From contig JBIOXD010000094.1 in the NCBI GenBank assembly GCA_044869265.1, forward strand, positions 905 through 64,904: DNA of 64,000 nucleotides, given 5' to 3'. The notes under the pieces are model-generated. The model had not been told where the DNA came from. It worked only from the letters and a program-made list of their open reading frames with translations, and searched no databases. The translations under genes and the position numbers were made by a program. This document shows, piece after piece, positions 27,752 through 37,932 of this stretch. Positions within the stretch are counted from its first letter, which is position 1, and each line of letters starts with the position of its first letter. This DNA comes from Gemmatimonadales bacterium. Its GTDB lineage: Bacteria; Gemmatimonadota; Gemmatimonadetes; Gemmatimonadales; GWC2-71-9.

Positions 27752-30138
27752 CGCTGCGACGTAGCCTGTTCGTCGCGCTGCTGGGAGCACTCCCGGCAGC
27801 GCCGCTCCTCGGCCAGCGCCCGCCTCAGGGACGGCCGTCGCCGCCTCCGGCCGCCGCCTCACCTCGCCGCCCCTCGCCGCCCGTTATTCCCACGCCGCGG
27901 TCGATCCTGGGCTTTGAGCCGGGCGACGATCGCAAGCTCGTCGAATGGCCGGTCCTGGTGCGCTATTTCGACGCGCTGGCCAAGGCGAGCGATCGTATCG
28001 AATACCGCGAGCTCGGCAAGACCACGCTCGGGGCGCCGTTTATCGCGCTCGCGATTTCGAGCCCGCAGAACCTTCGCCGTCTCGACTACTACCGGCTGAA
28101 CAACGCCTCACTCGCCGACCCGCGGGGGTTTCGGACGAGTCGCGCTGCCCGGGAGGCGGTTCAAAACGGCAAGACGATTGTCCTGATCACCTCGAGCATT
28201 CACTCCGATGAGGTTGGCGGGCATCTCACGCCCGTCGTGCTGGCGTACCGGCTTGCCACCGACACGACCGCCGAGACCCGCGAGGTGCTGGACAACGTGA
28301 TTCTGTGGCTCGTGCCGTCGCAAAACCCCGACGGCGTCACGATTGTCACCCGGTGGTACAACCGCACCCTGGGCACGGGGGCCGAAGGGACGGACCCGCC
28401 CGAGCTCTATCATCACTACACGGGACACGACAACAACCGCGACTGGTACGCATTCACCCAGGCCGAAACACGCCTCACTGTAGACTCGCTGTACAACGTG
28501 TGGCACCCGCAGATCGTCCACGACATTCACCAGATGGGATCGCAGGGCGCACGCCTGTTTCTTCCACCGTACCTCGATCCCATCGAGCCGAACGTCGACC
28601 CGCTGTTGATCGATGGCATCAATGCGCTCGGCACGGACATGGCATGGGCCCTCGCGTCGCAGGGAAAGACCGGAATTTCGATCAATGCGACGTACGACGC
28701 GTGGACGCCGGCGCGGGCCTATCAGCACTACCACGGAGCGGTGCGCATTCTGTCCGAAACGGCGAGCGCCGACCTCGCGTCGCCGATCGAGATGCCATTT
28801 GACCGGTTGGAGACACGCTCACGCGGCTTCAACCCGCGCGAGCGGTCATGGAATTTCCCGAACCCGTGGCGGGGCGGCCGTTGGACCATCCGCGACATCA
28901 TTTCCTATCAGAGCGCAGCAGCGCTGGCATTGCTGGTGCACGCCGCCAAGCAGCGCGCGCGCTGGCTCTCGAGTTTTCTCGCGGTGGAGTCGCGGGCAGT
29001 GCGCGGCTGGCGCGACTGGCCCTATGCGTACGTCATTTCGCCACGGCAGGACTCCGTCGCCGTGAGCGCGCTGCTTGGCGTACTGCGCCGCGGCGGCGTG
29101 GAAATCCGGAGGTCGTTGCAGGCCTTCACCCTCCAGGGACAGCGTCTCCCCGCCAACAGTTACGTCATTGTCTTGCGGCAGCCGTACGCGTCATTCGCCA
29201 AGACGCTGCTCGAGGTGCAACGGTATCCCGACCGGCGGCAGTACGCCGGCGGGCCACCGGAGCGGCCGTATGACGTCACCGCCCATACGCTGCCCATGCT
29301 GATGGGCGTAACCGCGCTTGCCGCGAATGACTCGCTGCGCGTGCCGCTGTCATCGCCCATCACGCCACGAACCATCTCGCCTGTCCCCCCTGTCCTCGTT
29401 GCAGACAGGGGAGCGGGAGAAGGTCCGCGGATCGGACTCTACAAATCCTACGACGCGTCGATGGACGAAGGGTGGACGCGCTGGGTATTCGATACGTGGA
29501 AAGTGCCGTATACCTCGATCGTCGATTCGGTGGTGCGGGGCGGGAACCTGAAGAACCAGTTCGACGTCATCGTGCTGCCGGATCAGTCGCCCCGCGATAT
29601 CCTCGAAGGTCTGCCTGCCCGCTACCCCGCTCCCTTTGCCGGCGGCCTCGGTTCCGAAGGCGGCGACGCCCTGCGAGAGTTCGTCACCGATGGCGGGACG
29701 CTGGTCGCGCTCAATGAAGCGAGCCGCTTCGCAATCCAGGCGTTGCTGCTGCCTGTGCGCAATGTCCTCGAGGCAGTCGGCGACGAAGACTTTTACGCCC
29801 CGGGATCGATCTTCCGCCTGCAGCTTGATACCACACAGGCGATCGGGCACGGCTTGCCACGGGAAACCATCGGCTGGTTCCAGGGAAGTCCGGCGTTCGA
29901 GGTGCTCGATTCCACAGTTGCGCGCGTGGTGGGGCGGTGGCCCAGCGATCCGGAGCGGGTCCTGATGTCTGGCTGGGTTCTGCGCCCTGATCGGGTGGCT
30001 GGGAAGGCCGCGATCGTTGAGGTGCAACAAGGAACGGGACGGGTGATCCTGTTTGGACTGCGGCCGCAGTACCGTGGGCAGAGTATGGCGACCTACCCTT
30101 TGCTGTTCAACAGCTTACGGAGATCACCGCCCCGGTGA
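27748..30138 (+). CDS. M14 zinc carboxypeptidase family protein
   Basis: SIHSDE (HxxE), NPDG, HDNNRDW, HDIHQ; C-terminal MDEGWTRW GATase-like domain. Confidence 0.9.
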   Translation: MTLRRSLFVALLGALPAAPLLGQRPPQGRPSPPPAAASPRRPSPPVIPTPRSILGFEPGDDRKLVEWPVLVRYFDALAKASDRIEYRELGKTTLGAPFIALAISSPQNLRRLDYYRLNNASLADPRGFRTSRAAREAVQNGKTIVLITSSIHSDEVGGHLTPVVLAYRLATDTTAETREVLDNVILWLVPSQNPDGVTIVTRWYNRTLGTGAEGTDPPELYHHYTGHDNNRDWYAFTQAETRLTVDSLYNVWHPQIVHDIHQMGSQGARLFLPPYLDPIEPNVDPLLIDGINALGTDMAWALASQGKTGISINATYDAWTPARAYQHYHGAVRILSETASADLASPIEMPFDRLETRSRGFNPRERSWNFPNPWRGGRWTIRDIISYQSAAALALLVHAAKQRARWLSSFLAVESRAVRGWRDWPYAYVISPRQDSVAVSALLGVLRRGGVEIRRSLQAFTLQGQRLPANSYVIVLRQPYASFAKTLLEVQRYPDRRQYAGGPPERPYDVTAHTLPMLMGVTALAANDSLRVPLSSPITPRTISPVPPVLVADRGAGEGPRIGLYKSYDASMDEGWTRWVFDTWKVPYTSIVDSVVRGGNLKNQFDVIVLPDQSPRDILEGLPARYPAPFAGGLGSEGGDALREFVTDGGTLVALNEASRFAIQALLLPVRNVLEAVGDEDFYAPGSIFRLQLDTTQAIGHGLPRETIGWFQGSPAFEVLDSTVARVVGRWPSDPERVLMSGWVLRPDRVAGKAAIVEVQQGTGRVILFGLRPQYRGQSMATYPLLFNSLRRSPPR

Positions 30139-30174
30139 GGCCATAATCCTTGCCGCGTTTGGGGCCCATTCCCT

Positions 30175-31368
30175 ATGATGGCCCGTATGAGGTTGGCGTT
30201 TCTAGCAGCCGCGATCCTGTTCTGGGCCTCGCCCCACGGTCGCGGCCTTTTTGCGCAGCAACTGCCCGCGTCGCCGGATAGCATGGAGCTGCGCGGCGTC
30301 GAGCTGCGCTACATCCTCCCCGAGCCGCTCTTCGACAACATGACTGTCGAACCGGTCAAGGCACTGTACGTCAACGCGTGGGCGTTCGGCTCCAGCAAAC
30401 TGTGGCGCCTCGTGAGTCTCGCTGATTCGACCGAGATCAACGCGCTCGTCATCGATGTGAAGGACGACACCGGCTGCCTGTTGTATCCCTCGGATGTGAA
30501 AGTGGCGCAGGACATCGGCGCGACGAAGTGCGTGCGCACGCGCGACGTGCGTTCCCGTCTCGACACCCTGCGCGCACACGACATCTACGCCATCGCGCGA
30601 ATCGTGGTCGCCAAGGATCCCTTGCTGGCCGAGCGCAAAGCGCATTGGTCGGTGCAACACCGCGATGGGGGGTTGTGGCGCGACCGTATCGGGAGCGCCT
30701 GGGTGGATGCGTACAACGACTCGGTGTGGATCTACGCCGCGCAGCTCGCCGATGAGGCCGTCCGGCTCGGCTTCGACGAAGTGCAGTTCGACTACGTGCG
30801 GTTCCCCGACGAGCCGAAGGAAGCGATGGCGCTGGCGATCCTTCCGGCACGCAAGTCTGGCGAGTCGCAGCGCGCCGGCGTTCAGGCCGGCATCGCAATT
30901 CTCGTCAATCGCATTCAGCCGCTGGGTGTGCCGATTACGTTCGACATCTTCGGCCTGACGTCGTCAGCCACCGGCGATCTCGGCATCGGGCAGGTGTGGG
31001 AAGACTTCATCACCGTCGCCGACGTGGTACTGCCGATGGTGTATCCGAGTCACTACTATCGCGGCAGTTACGGGTTGGCCTGGCCCAACGCCGAGCCATA
31101 CCGAGTGGTTCGCAATGCCCTAAGCGAAGCGATAGAGCGCTCTCGTCCCTACGCCAACGCCGCAATGATCCGGCCCTTTCTGCAGGCGTTCACGCTCGGA
31201 CGCCGCAAGCCGCGCTACACGCCGCACGAGATCCGCGAACAGATCCGCGCCGCCGAAGAGCTGGGAATCGACACGTGGGTGTTGTGGAATCCGCGCAGCG
31301 TGTACCAGCGCGACTCACTCCGCCCCTACCGCAGCACGATCACGACCGTTCCGGGCGGGGCGCAGTAG
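30175..31368 (+). CDS. Putative glycoside hydrolase (DUF4015-like)
   Basis: NALVIDVKDDTG, IARIVVAKD, GFDEVQFDYVRFP, GIGQ, PMVYPSHY, IRPFLQAF. Confidence 0.82.
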   Translation: MMARMRLAFLAAAILFWASPHGRGLFAQQLPASPDSMELRGVELRYILPEPLFDNMTVEPVKALYVNAWAFGSSKLWRLVSLADSTEINALVIDVKDDTGCLLYPSDVKVAQDIGATKCVRTRDVRSRLDTLRAHDIYAIARIVVAKDPLLAERKAHWSVQHRDGGLWRDRIGSAWVDAYNDSVWIYAAQLADEAVRLGFDEVQFDYVRFPDEPKEAMALAILPARKSGESQRAGVQAGIAILVNRIQPLGVPITFDIFGLTSSATGDLGIGQVWEDFITVADVVLPMVYPSHYYRGSYGLAWPNAEPYRVVRNALSEAIERSRPYANAAMIRPFLQAFTLGRRKPRYTPHEIREQIRAAEELGIDTWVLWNPRSVYQRDSLRPYRSTITTVPGGAQ

Positions 31369-31386
31369 TATCTATATTTCCCGCCC

Positions 31387-32091
31387 ATGAAAAAATCCTG
31401 GATTGTTTTTGCATTGGCCGGCTCGGTCGGCGCATGTTCTGATCCCGGCGGCGTCGATCCCGATGCTGTTGCGGGGCCCGAGCTGCATGCGGTGCGCGCC
31501 GCACTCGATTCCGCGTTTCTCACAGACACCACGCTGGACTCTTCGTTCGCCGGCAGCAGCGGACTGTACGCGCAGATGTCGGCGCTGGTCTTCCCGTTCA
31601 TCGATCGCGCGTCGTACCTCGTCGAGGGAAGCGATACGACGCGGCTCGTGGGCATCGAGTTCGATATCGACGCCACGCAAGACACCGTCCACATCACGAG
31701 CAATTTGACGGCGATTCTCGCCTGGAATGGGTACGACGCCACGACCAACACCGTCGACACCGTCTTCTTCCTGCTCGGATCAGGCCGCGCCCCGGTCAAC
31801 GACACATTGTGGAATCGGTTTACACTCGACACTGCCGGCACCGGCACCGGCTTCGTGATCCATCAGGCCCCGAGCGCCAGCGTAACCAAGTCGCAATCCA
31901 CCGGCGGGCATCTCCGGACCACCTCGAGCCAGTTCGGGAGCGGCCAGACGCTAGGGGGTGGAGGCGTGACGTTCACGGTTTACCGGGGGCGCGTGCGGGG
32001 CGAGTTCGCGATCACAGCGGCGTCGAGCTCTGCGAAGGATTTCAGCAATGACGCGCGTGCTCTCAAGGTGAAACTGCGCGGCAACCTATGA
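31387..32091 (+). CDS. Hypothetical lipoprotein
   Basis: MKKSWIVFALAGSVGA-C lipobox; beta-rich and Thr/Ser-rich. Confidence 0.75.
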   Translation: MKKSWIVFALAGSVGACSDPGGVDPDAVAGPELHAVRAALDSAFLTDTTLDSSFAGSSGLYAQMSALVFPFIDRASYLVEGSDTTRLVGIEFDIDATQDTVHITSNLTAILAWNGYDATTNTVDTVFFLLGSGRAPVNDTLWNRFTLDTAGTGTGFVIHQAPSASVTKSQSTGGHLRTTSSQFGSGQTLGGGGVTFTVYRGRVRGEFAITAASSSAKDFSNDARALKVKLRGNL

Positions 32092-34080
32092 GGAGGAGCG
32101 CTCCGGTACCAACCCAGGCTCCCACGCCGTGATGTAACCGGTGATCGCTGACGCGGCGACCGTATACGGGTTCGCCAGGTACAGCTGCCCCGGTCCCGAC
32201 CGTCCCGGAAAATTGCGGTTGATTGCGCTAATCGTGACTTCCTCGCGCGTCTTCGAGACGCCGGGACCCGCGTTGATGCACGCCCCACAGGACGGCTCCA
32301 GGAACGTCGCGCCCACCCGCTGAAATACGTCCAGGTAGCCCCGTTCATCGCAGTACCGCTTCACATCCTGTGATCCGCACTGAATGAAGAAGCGCACCCA
32401 CGGCGCGACGCGCTCCCCACGCGCCGCCGCGTCCGCAAGCACACGCGCGTACATGTCCATGTCTTCCTTCTTCCCCGCCGTGCACGAGCCGGCATACGCG
32501 ATGTCGACCTTGATTTGCTGCGCGACCTGGTCGATATACAGCCCGTTCCCGGGGTCGCCGGGCAGCGCGATCATCGGCCGGATGCCGGCCGCGTCGATTT
32601 CGATGACTTCGCAAAACTCGGCATCGGGATCGCTGGACAGACCGTGGCAGAATCGCTCGGCGTCCTTGCGCGACATCTTGCGGTAGTCCATCAGGTAGTC
32701 GACGGTCTTCTCATCAGGGGCGACGTAACCCGTGAAGCCCCCAACTTCGGCCGTCATGTTCGTCATCGTGGCCCGCTCGTCCACCGACAGCGCCTCGACA
32801 GCATCGCCACAGTACTCAACCAGCTTGCCGATCGCGTTGCCGGTTTTGACGTACGGGTGGCGCAAAACCTCCAGCATGAAGTCCTTAGCGGTCACATTGT
32901 CGGGCTTCTTCCCTCGGATCACGATCTTCACGGTCTCCGGCACCTGCAAGCGGACATCCTTCGTGATCCACGAATTGAAGATCGCCGTCGTGCCGACACC
33001 GAAGGCAATGCAGCCGACGGCCCCCGCGTGTGGCGTGTGCGAATCGGAGCCGATGATCACCTGCCCCGGCAACGCGTGGGCTTCGAGAATCTTGGAGTGA
33101 CAGATCGCCTCCGACCCATGGTGGCCGAGCCGCAGCTCGCCGTAGAGCTTGATCCCCTGCGCGGTCGCAAACTCGCGCTGTTTCTTCTCGAGCTGCAGCG
33201 CGACGTCGAGCAGGCCTTCCTTGACGCGCTCGGGGGTCATCGCTTCCGGTAGGAAGGTGAGGTGGTCTCGGAACATCAGAATCGAGGCTGGATCGTTGAC
33301 CTTGGCGTCTTTGCCGACCAGCTGCTCGAAAAAGATCGCCGCCATCGGCGTCACGTACTCATGGCTGAAACGGATGTCGGTCAGGACGAAACCTTCATCG
33401 CCGGGCTTCACCGCCGGTACGCCAATCTTGTTGTTTGCGGGATCGACGACCCACCGGCGCGCCAGGATTTTTTCGCCCAGGGTCATGGGACGCGGCGGCG
33501 TCTCGGGGGGATGCAATACCACCTCACCTTTCAGCCGCGCCATGTTGTAATTGAAGAGCCCGCCATGCTCGATAATACCGCGGGTGATCTCTCCTTCACC
33601 TCTCGTGAAGATCGACAGGGGAATACTTTCGCCTCGACGCACTTTCTCGAGTAGCGAGAAGTCGGTCGTCGTCAGCACGCCGAGATTTTGACAGTTCTCA
33701 CGGTAGATCCGCTCGATGCTTTCGGCGACGACCAGCTTGATGCCGGCGCACATCTCGGCATACGGGGACTGTTCGCGCGAGGAGCCTTTCCCGCGGCGCT
33801 TCCCGCTGACCGCCGCGACGAACCCGCCGCGCTTCACCGAGCCGCGCGTGATGGGAAACTCGTCCCGGCACTTCAAGCCGAGGTAGGGGAATTCGCCCAG
33901 CGTTTCGTCGTAGTAGTAACAGATGTATGCGGGAGTGATTTCGTCGGTCGAGATGTCATCGCGAAGCTTGTTGCCCGGGGACCATGTGGGATTGTTTCCG
34001 GCCAGCTGGTCGCGCACGAACCCCGGATCCTCGGTCAGGTAGAGGATCCGGCCTTCCAAACGCACATTCGGCTCGCGCAT
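32086..34080 (-). CDS. Aconitase/isopropylmalate dehydratase family, fused small(N)-large(C) subunits
   Basis: N-terminal DDISTDEITP and GSSREQ (LeuD-like); RDH, ICH, GSDSHT, GSCT, SCGAC, NRNFPGRSG (LeuC-like). Confidence 0.9.
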   Translation of the reverse strand: MREPNVRLEGRILYLTEDPGFVRDQLAGNNPTWSPGNKLRDDISTDEITPAYICYYYDETLGEFPYLGLKCRDEFPITRGSVKRGGFVAAVSGKRRGKGSSREQSPYAEMCAGIKLVVAESIERIYRENCQNLGVLTTTDFSLLEKVRRGESIPLSIFTRGEGEITRGIIEHGGLFNYNMARLKGEVVLHPPETPPRPMTLGEKILARRWVVDPANNKIGVPAVKPGDEGFVLTDIRFSHEYVTPMAAIFFEQLVGKDAKVNDPASILMFRDHLTFLPEAMTPERVKEGLLDVALQLEKKQREFATAQGIKLYGELRLGHHGSEAICHSKILEAHALPGQVIIGSDSHTPHAGAVGCIAFGVGTTAIFNSWITKDVRLQVPETVKIVIRGKKPDNVTAKDFMLEVLRHPYVKTGNAIGKLVEYCGDAVEALSVDERATMTNMTAEVGGFTGYVAPDEKTVDYLMDYRKMSRKDAERFCHGLSSDPDAEFCEVIEIDAAGIRPMIALPGDPGNGLYIDQVAQQIKVDIAYAGSCTAGKKEDMDMYARVLADAAARGERVAPWVRFFIQCGSQDVKRYCDERGYLDVFQRVGATFLEPSCGACINAGPGVSKTREEVTISAINRNFPGRSGPGQLYLANPYTVAASAITGYITAWEPGLVPERSSS

Positions 34081-34135
34081 GCGCGAAGTATCACCCCTTG
34101 CCTGTAGGCGAGCAAGGCGATTTTCTTGCAGGCTC

Positions 34136-34993
34136 ATGCTTTTGTCCGCGCTGTTCTTCCTTCAGGCCACATTTCAAAGTCCGCGCGTGCTGGAAAGCTC
34201 CGGCGTCGCGATCAGCCGCGAGTACCGCGGCGTCCTGTGGACGCACAATGACTCCGGCGACGGCCCTTATCTCTACGCGGCCGACTTGACCGGCGCCGAT
34301 CGCGGCTTTCTGCTGGTCTCCGGCGCCGAAGCGTTCGATTGGGAAGACATGGCGCTCGGCGTGTGCCCGGTTCCATTCCACGCCGTCTCGTGCCTCTACG
34401 TCGCGGATGCGGGTGACAACATGGGCGTGCGACCGTTTGTAACGCTGTATGCGCTGCCCGAGCCGGTGCCGCCCGAACGCCCCGGCGACACGCTGCGATC
34501 CACCAGCGCTCCGGCGATCCTGCGAGTCAGCTATCCCGACGGCCCGAAAGACGTCGAGGCGATTTTCGTGTCGCCCCGCGACACCGCCGCGTACCTCGTC
34601 AGCAAGGGCCGCACCGGATCGATCAAGGTGTACCGGGTTGGGAGCCAGGCTTGGAATGCCGCCAAACCGGGAGCGACGGGGGACCCCGTGATGGCGAGCG
34701 TGGTGCAAACCCTCGATATCACGCCGAGCCCGGAGGCCGGCCGGCAGATCACGGGTGCCGCGATTCGGACCGACGGCCGCGTCGTCGCCCTCCGGACCTA
34801 CAACGAGGTTTATCTGTTCAATCCCGGCGTGGGCGGCCGCCTCGTGCCGGCGCGTGAGCGGCCGTGCAACATCGCCGGTCTCGCAGTGGGTGGCGAAGCG
34901 GTCGCCTTCCTCAATGACACGACGCTCGTCATGACGAGCGAAGCGGGACGCGGCCGTCCGGGTAGAATCGACACCGTCGTATGCCACCGCTAA
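34136..34993 (+). CDS. Conserved secreted beta-propeller-like hypothetical protein
   Basis: ESSG..LWTHNDSG, DWEDMA, LYVADAGDN, YPDGPKDVEA, GEAV motifs. Confidence 0.75.
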   Translation: MLLSALFFLQATFQSPRVLESSGVAISREYRGVLWTHNDSGDGPYLYAADLTGADRGFLLVSGAEAFDWEDMALGVCPVPFHAVSCLYVADAGDNMGVRPFVTLYALPEPVPPERPGDTLRSTSAPAILRVSYPDGPKDVEAIFVSPRDTAAYLVSKGRTGSIKVYRVGSQAWNAAKPGATGDPVMASVVQTLDITPSPEAGRQITGAAIRTDGRVVALRTYNEVYLFNPGVGGRLVPARERPCNIAGLAVGGEAVAFLNDTTLVMTSEAGRGRPGRIDTVVCHR

Positions 34994-35013
34994 CAAAGGG
35001 AGAAACGCAGCCC

Positions 35014-36645
35014 ATGGCGATCAAATGCTGGAATGCTGTCGCGATACTGGCACTCATCAGCACGCCTGGGTGGACGCAAGGGCCGCCACAGTCGCGAACG
35101 ACCGGCGCTCCCATCACCGCCGACACAGCCGCTATGGATGCCCACCTGCGCTTTCTCGCGAGCGATCTGCTCGAGGGGCGCGCGCCGGCGACCCGGGGCG
35201 GCCAGCTGGCGGCCCAGTACATCGCCGCCCAGTTCCAGGCGCTGGGACTCGAGCCCGCGGGCGAGAACGGCTCGTACTTCCAGCCCGTCGCGCTCGTTGG
35301 GATGACGCCGCAACCGACCTTCGCGTGGGGGAAGGCCGGCAGTGCACCCGACAGCCTCTCGTTCCGCGAGTCGTTCGTTGCGTGGGCGGAACGGCCCGAG
35401 GCCGACATCGGGACCAGTGGCGAAGTGGTGTTTGTCGGATACGGCATTCGCGCGCCTGAGTGGCAATGGGACGATTACAAGGGCACTGATCTCAAGGGCA
35501 AAGTCCTCCTGATGCTGGTCAACGATCCGGGACTCGTCGACTCCACCGTTTTTCTCGGCAAGATCCTCACCTACTACGGCCGTTGGACCTACAAGCTCGA
35601 GGAAGCGGCGCGACAGGGTGCAGCCGCTGCCATACTCGTTCACACAACGGAGAGCGCGACGTATCCATGGGATGTCGTGCGCGGGTCGTGGACCGTGGAG
35701 CAGTTCAAGCTCGATCAGCCGCACTCGCCGAGTCTTGCGGTCGCGGGATGGGTTACGGACGGGGCCGCTCGCGCGGCGCTCGTGAAGGCAGGCCTGAATC
35801 TGGATTCACTCAGCCGTGCTGCCGCACGGCGCGATTTTCGACCGGCCGCAACCGGCATTCAAACGACACTCCGCGTCAGGAGCGCACTCCGTCGTGTGCA
35901 GTCTGAGAATGTCGCCGCGCGACTGCCCGGGCGGGATCCACAACTCTCCGAACAGGCGGTCCTGATCACGTCCCATTGGGACCACAAGGGGATCGGCCCC
36001 GTTGTCCGTGGTGACTCCATCTACAACGGAGCCGAGGACAACGCGTCGGGTATTGCCGCGATGCTCGGTGTGGCAGCAGCTCTGACGCGTCTACCGCGAC
36101 CGGCGCGCTCGATCGTGTTCCTCGCGACGACGGCGGAGGAGAGTGGCTTGCTGGGAAGCGAAGCGTATGTGCAGCGCCCGCTGTTGCCACTCGCCCGAAC
36201 TGCTGCTGTACTCAACCTCGACGTGACCAACGTGCGAGGGGCAACGCGCGACATCGGCGCCCTTGGGTTGGACCGATCGACCTTGGGCCCCGTGTTTACC
36301 GCGGCCGCGCGCGCTGAGGGAATGACGGTCGAGTCGCAGCCCGATGTGCGCGGATCGTTCTTTCGTTCGGATCATTTTCCCTTCGCGCGTGCCGGGGTGC
36401 CCGCGCTATCGATCAAACCTGGCATCGACTTTGTGGGGCATCCGAAGACCTGGGGTGAGGAACAGGAACGTCTCTACAACGAGCGGCGCTACCACCAACC
36501 CAGCGACGAGTATCAACCGGCGTTCCGTTACGATGGGATGGCGCAGCAGGTTCGCGTCACAGTGCGAACGGCACAAACCGTCGCCAACAATCGTGAAGCG
36601 CCGCGCTGGTTGCCGTCATCGGAGTTTCAGCGCCCCCAGCCCTAG
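35014..36645 (+). CDS. M28 family peptidase with PA domain
   Basis: LASDLLEGRAP, VFVGYG, SHWDH, YNGAEDNASG, AEESGLLGS, RSDH, YHQPSD. Confidence 0.94.
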   Translation: MAIKCWNAVAILALISTPGWTQGPPQSRTTGAPITADTAAMDAHLRFLASDLLEGRAPATRGGQLAAQYIAAQFQALGLEPAGENGSYFQPVALVGMTPQPTFAWGKAGSAPDSLSFRESFVAWAERPEADIGTSGEVVFVGYGIRAPEWQWDDYKGTDLKGKVLLMLVNDPGLVDSTVFLGKILTYYGRWTYKLEEAARQGAAAAILVHTTESATYPWDVVRGSWTVEQFKLDQPHSPSLAVAGWVTDGAARAALVKAGLNLDSLSRAAARRDFRPAATGIQTTLRVRSALRRVQSENVAARLPGRDPQLSEQAVLITSHWDHKGIGPVVRGDSIYNGAEDNASGIAAMLGVAAALTRLPRPARSIVFLATTAEESGLLGSEAYVQRPLLPLARTAAVLNLDVTNVRGATRDIGALGLDRSTLGPVFTAAARAEGMTVESQPDVRGSFFRSDHFPFARAGVPALSIKPGIDFVGHPKTWGEEQERLYNERRYHQPSDEYQPAFRYDGMAQQVRVTVRTAQTVANNREAPRWLPSSEFQRPQP

Positions 36646-36792
36646 TCGCGCAGAGAATTGCACTCTGGAGGGAACAGCGGAACATCAGAAACGACAACGG
36701 GTTAGAGTTTGGTGATTGCCTATTCCGCGAGGGACGGATAGTTTGCCCCCGCTTTTTGACGCTGCGAAGCCAGCTGTCCCGACCTCCTACGA

Positions 36793-37911
36793 TTGGAGCG
36801 GCGGTTGGAGATTCCCTCCACGCATACGGTCCCTCTGTCGTGGTTGTTTGAGGCGGCCAGTCTTCCAATCCAGTATCGCACCCTGACGGAAATCGTTCCT
36901 GAGTCCTCGCGCGACCCCGAACGGCTCGGCGCGCTGCGTGAAGAGATTCTGAATTACAGGGAAGCGCTCGCCATCGTGCGAAAGCAGAAAGAGACGGGGT
37001 TGTGGGGTGCCAATCTCCTGGCGCCCGAACCGTTCAAAGCGATGGGCTGGAAGGAGACCGGCACTGTCTATCAGTATCGCCGCCTCCTCGAGCTTGGATG
37101 GCCGCCCGACGGACGGGCGTTTCGCTTCGCCGATCGATTCCTGTTCCGCCTCTTGTCGAGAGACGACGATCCGGCACTTCTGGTCGAGTTTCAGCGCCCT
37201 TCAAAAGGGGATGCCGGACTCGCCCTGTGGGCGCGGAGCATGCAGACGCAGGCAGCAGCCGCCGCGCTGGCGCGAGGCGCGCATCAGGAAGATCCGCGGC
37301 TGCGGGGCGCCGCGCACCGAATAGCCAGCGACATATCTCTGTATCTGCGCAGCGAGATTGCGCAGAAGCCGTTCAAGAAGGCGCAGGGCAAGACGGTGCT
37401 CGATCCGCTGGCCTATCCGCCGACGGTCTTTTCGGTCGAAATGCTGGCATTCCTGCCGGCAGTGCAGCGGGAGCGCGCAGGCTTCCTCGAACGCCTGGCG
37501 ACGTACTTTTCGGCGCCCACGTCACGACGAGAGTTCTACATCCTGGCGGGGAAGAAGCAGCTCCGGCCCCTGTTCGAGATCCTCGGCGACCCGCTGCACG
37601 CAGACGCCCAGGGGCACATCGATGATGTCCCCTTCGCGCTCTACTGGCTCGAGTTGCTCACGCGCCTGGGCATCGTTCGACAGGTCCCGAGCGCCTCTCG
37701 GGTGCTGGCCCGCCTGTTCAGCGAGTGCTCCGAGCAAGGGATCTGGAGTCCGGCCGGCCTGAGGACGATGCCCAAGTCCGAGAATCCGGTCGTCTCCCAC
37801 TACTTCCCGCTCGAGGGACCGGGGAAGAGTCCTGCCCAGCGCCAGACAGACGTCACGTTCCGACTTGCGTTGATCGCCAAGCTCTTGGGGATTCCGCTCA
37901 GCGTCTTTTAG
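36793..37911 (+). CDS. Hypothetical alpha-helical protein (possible alpha/alpha toroid, prenyltransferase-like fold)
   Basis: Long ORF with host-like codon use; WL..A..PIQYR and QKETGLWG QW-like motif; start uncertain. Confidence 0.7.
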   Translation: MERRLEIPSTHTVPLSWLFEAASLPIQYRTLTEIVPESSRDPERLGALREEILNYREALAIVRKQKETGLWGANLLAPEPFKAMGWKETGTVYQYRRLLELGWPPDGRAFRFADRFLFRLLSRDDDPALLVEFQRPSKGDAGLALWARSMQTQAAAAALARGAHQEDPRLRGAAHRIASDISLYLRSEIAQKPFKKAQGKTVLDPLAYPPTVFSVEMLAFLPAVQRERAGFLERLATYFSAPTSRREFYILAGKKQLRPLFEILGDPLHADAQGHIDDVPFALYWLELLTRLGIVRQVPSASRVLARLFSECSEQGIWSPAGLRTMPKSENPVVSHYFPLEGPGKSPAQRQTDVTFRLALIAKLLGIPLSVF

Positions 37912-37932
37912 AAGTAGCGTTTGCTACTACTA
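37909..37932. promoter_or_regulatory. Putative TrmB operator palindrome
   Basis: TAGaAGTAGC-gttt-GCTACTaCTA abutting the ATG at 37932. Confidence 0.6.

Noticed and set aside
34096-34117. CCTTGC-N10-GCAAGG inverted repeat in the divergent aconitase promoter gap
   Set aside because: Only 6 bp, with no cognate regulator nearby; could be chance.
36646-36792. Intergenic region as a possible ncRNA or riboswitch
   Set aside because: No recognisable conserved motif or convincing stem set by eye; probably a promoter region. An Rfam search would settle it.
37725-37931. N-terminal extensions in the ORF track (TrmB 37725, E1 55980, lon 48393, S9 25577, spermidine synthase-like 53477)
   Set aside because: They overlap upstream genes or promoters; family homology and Shine-Dalgarno sites point to later starts.
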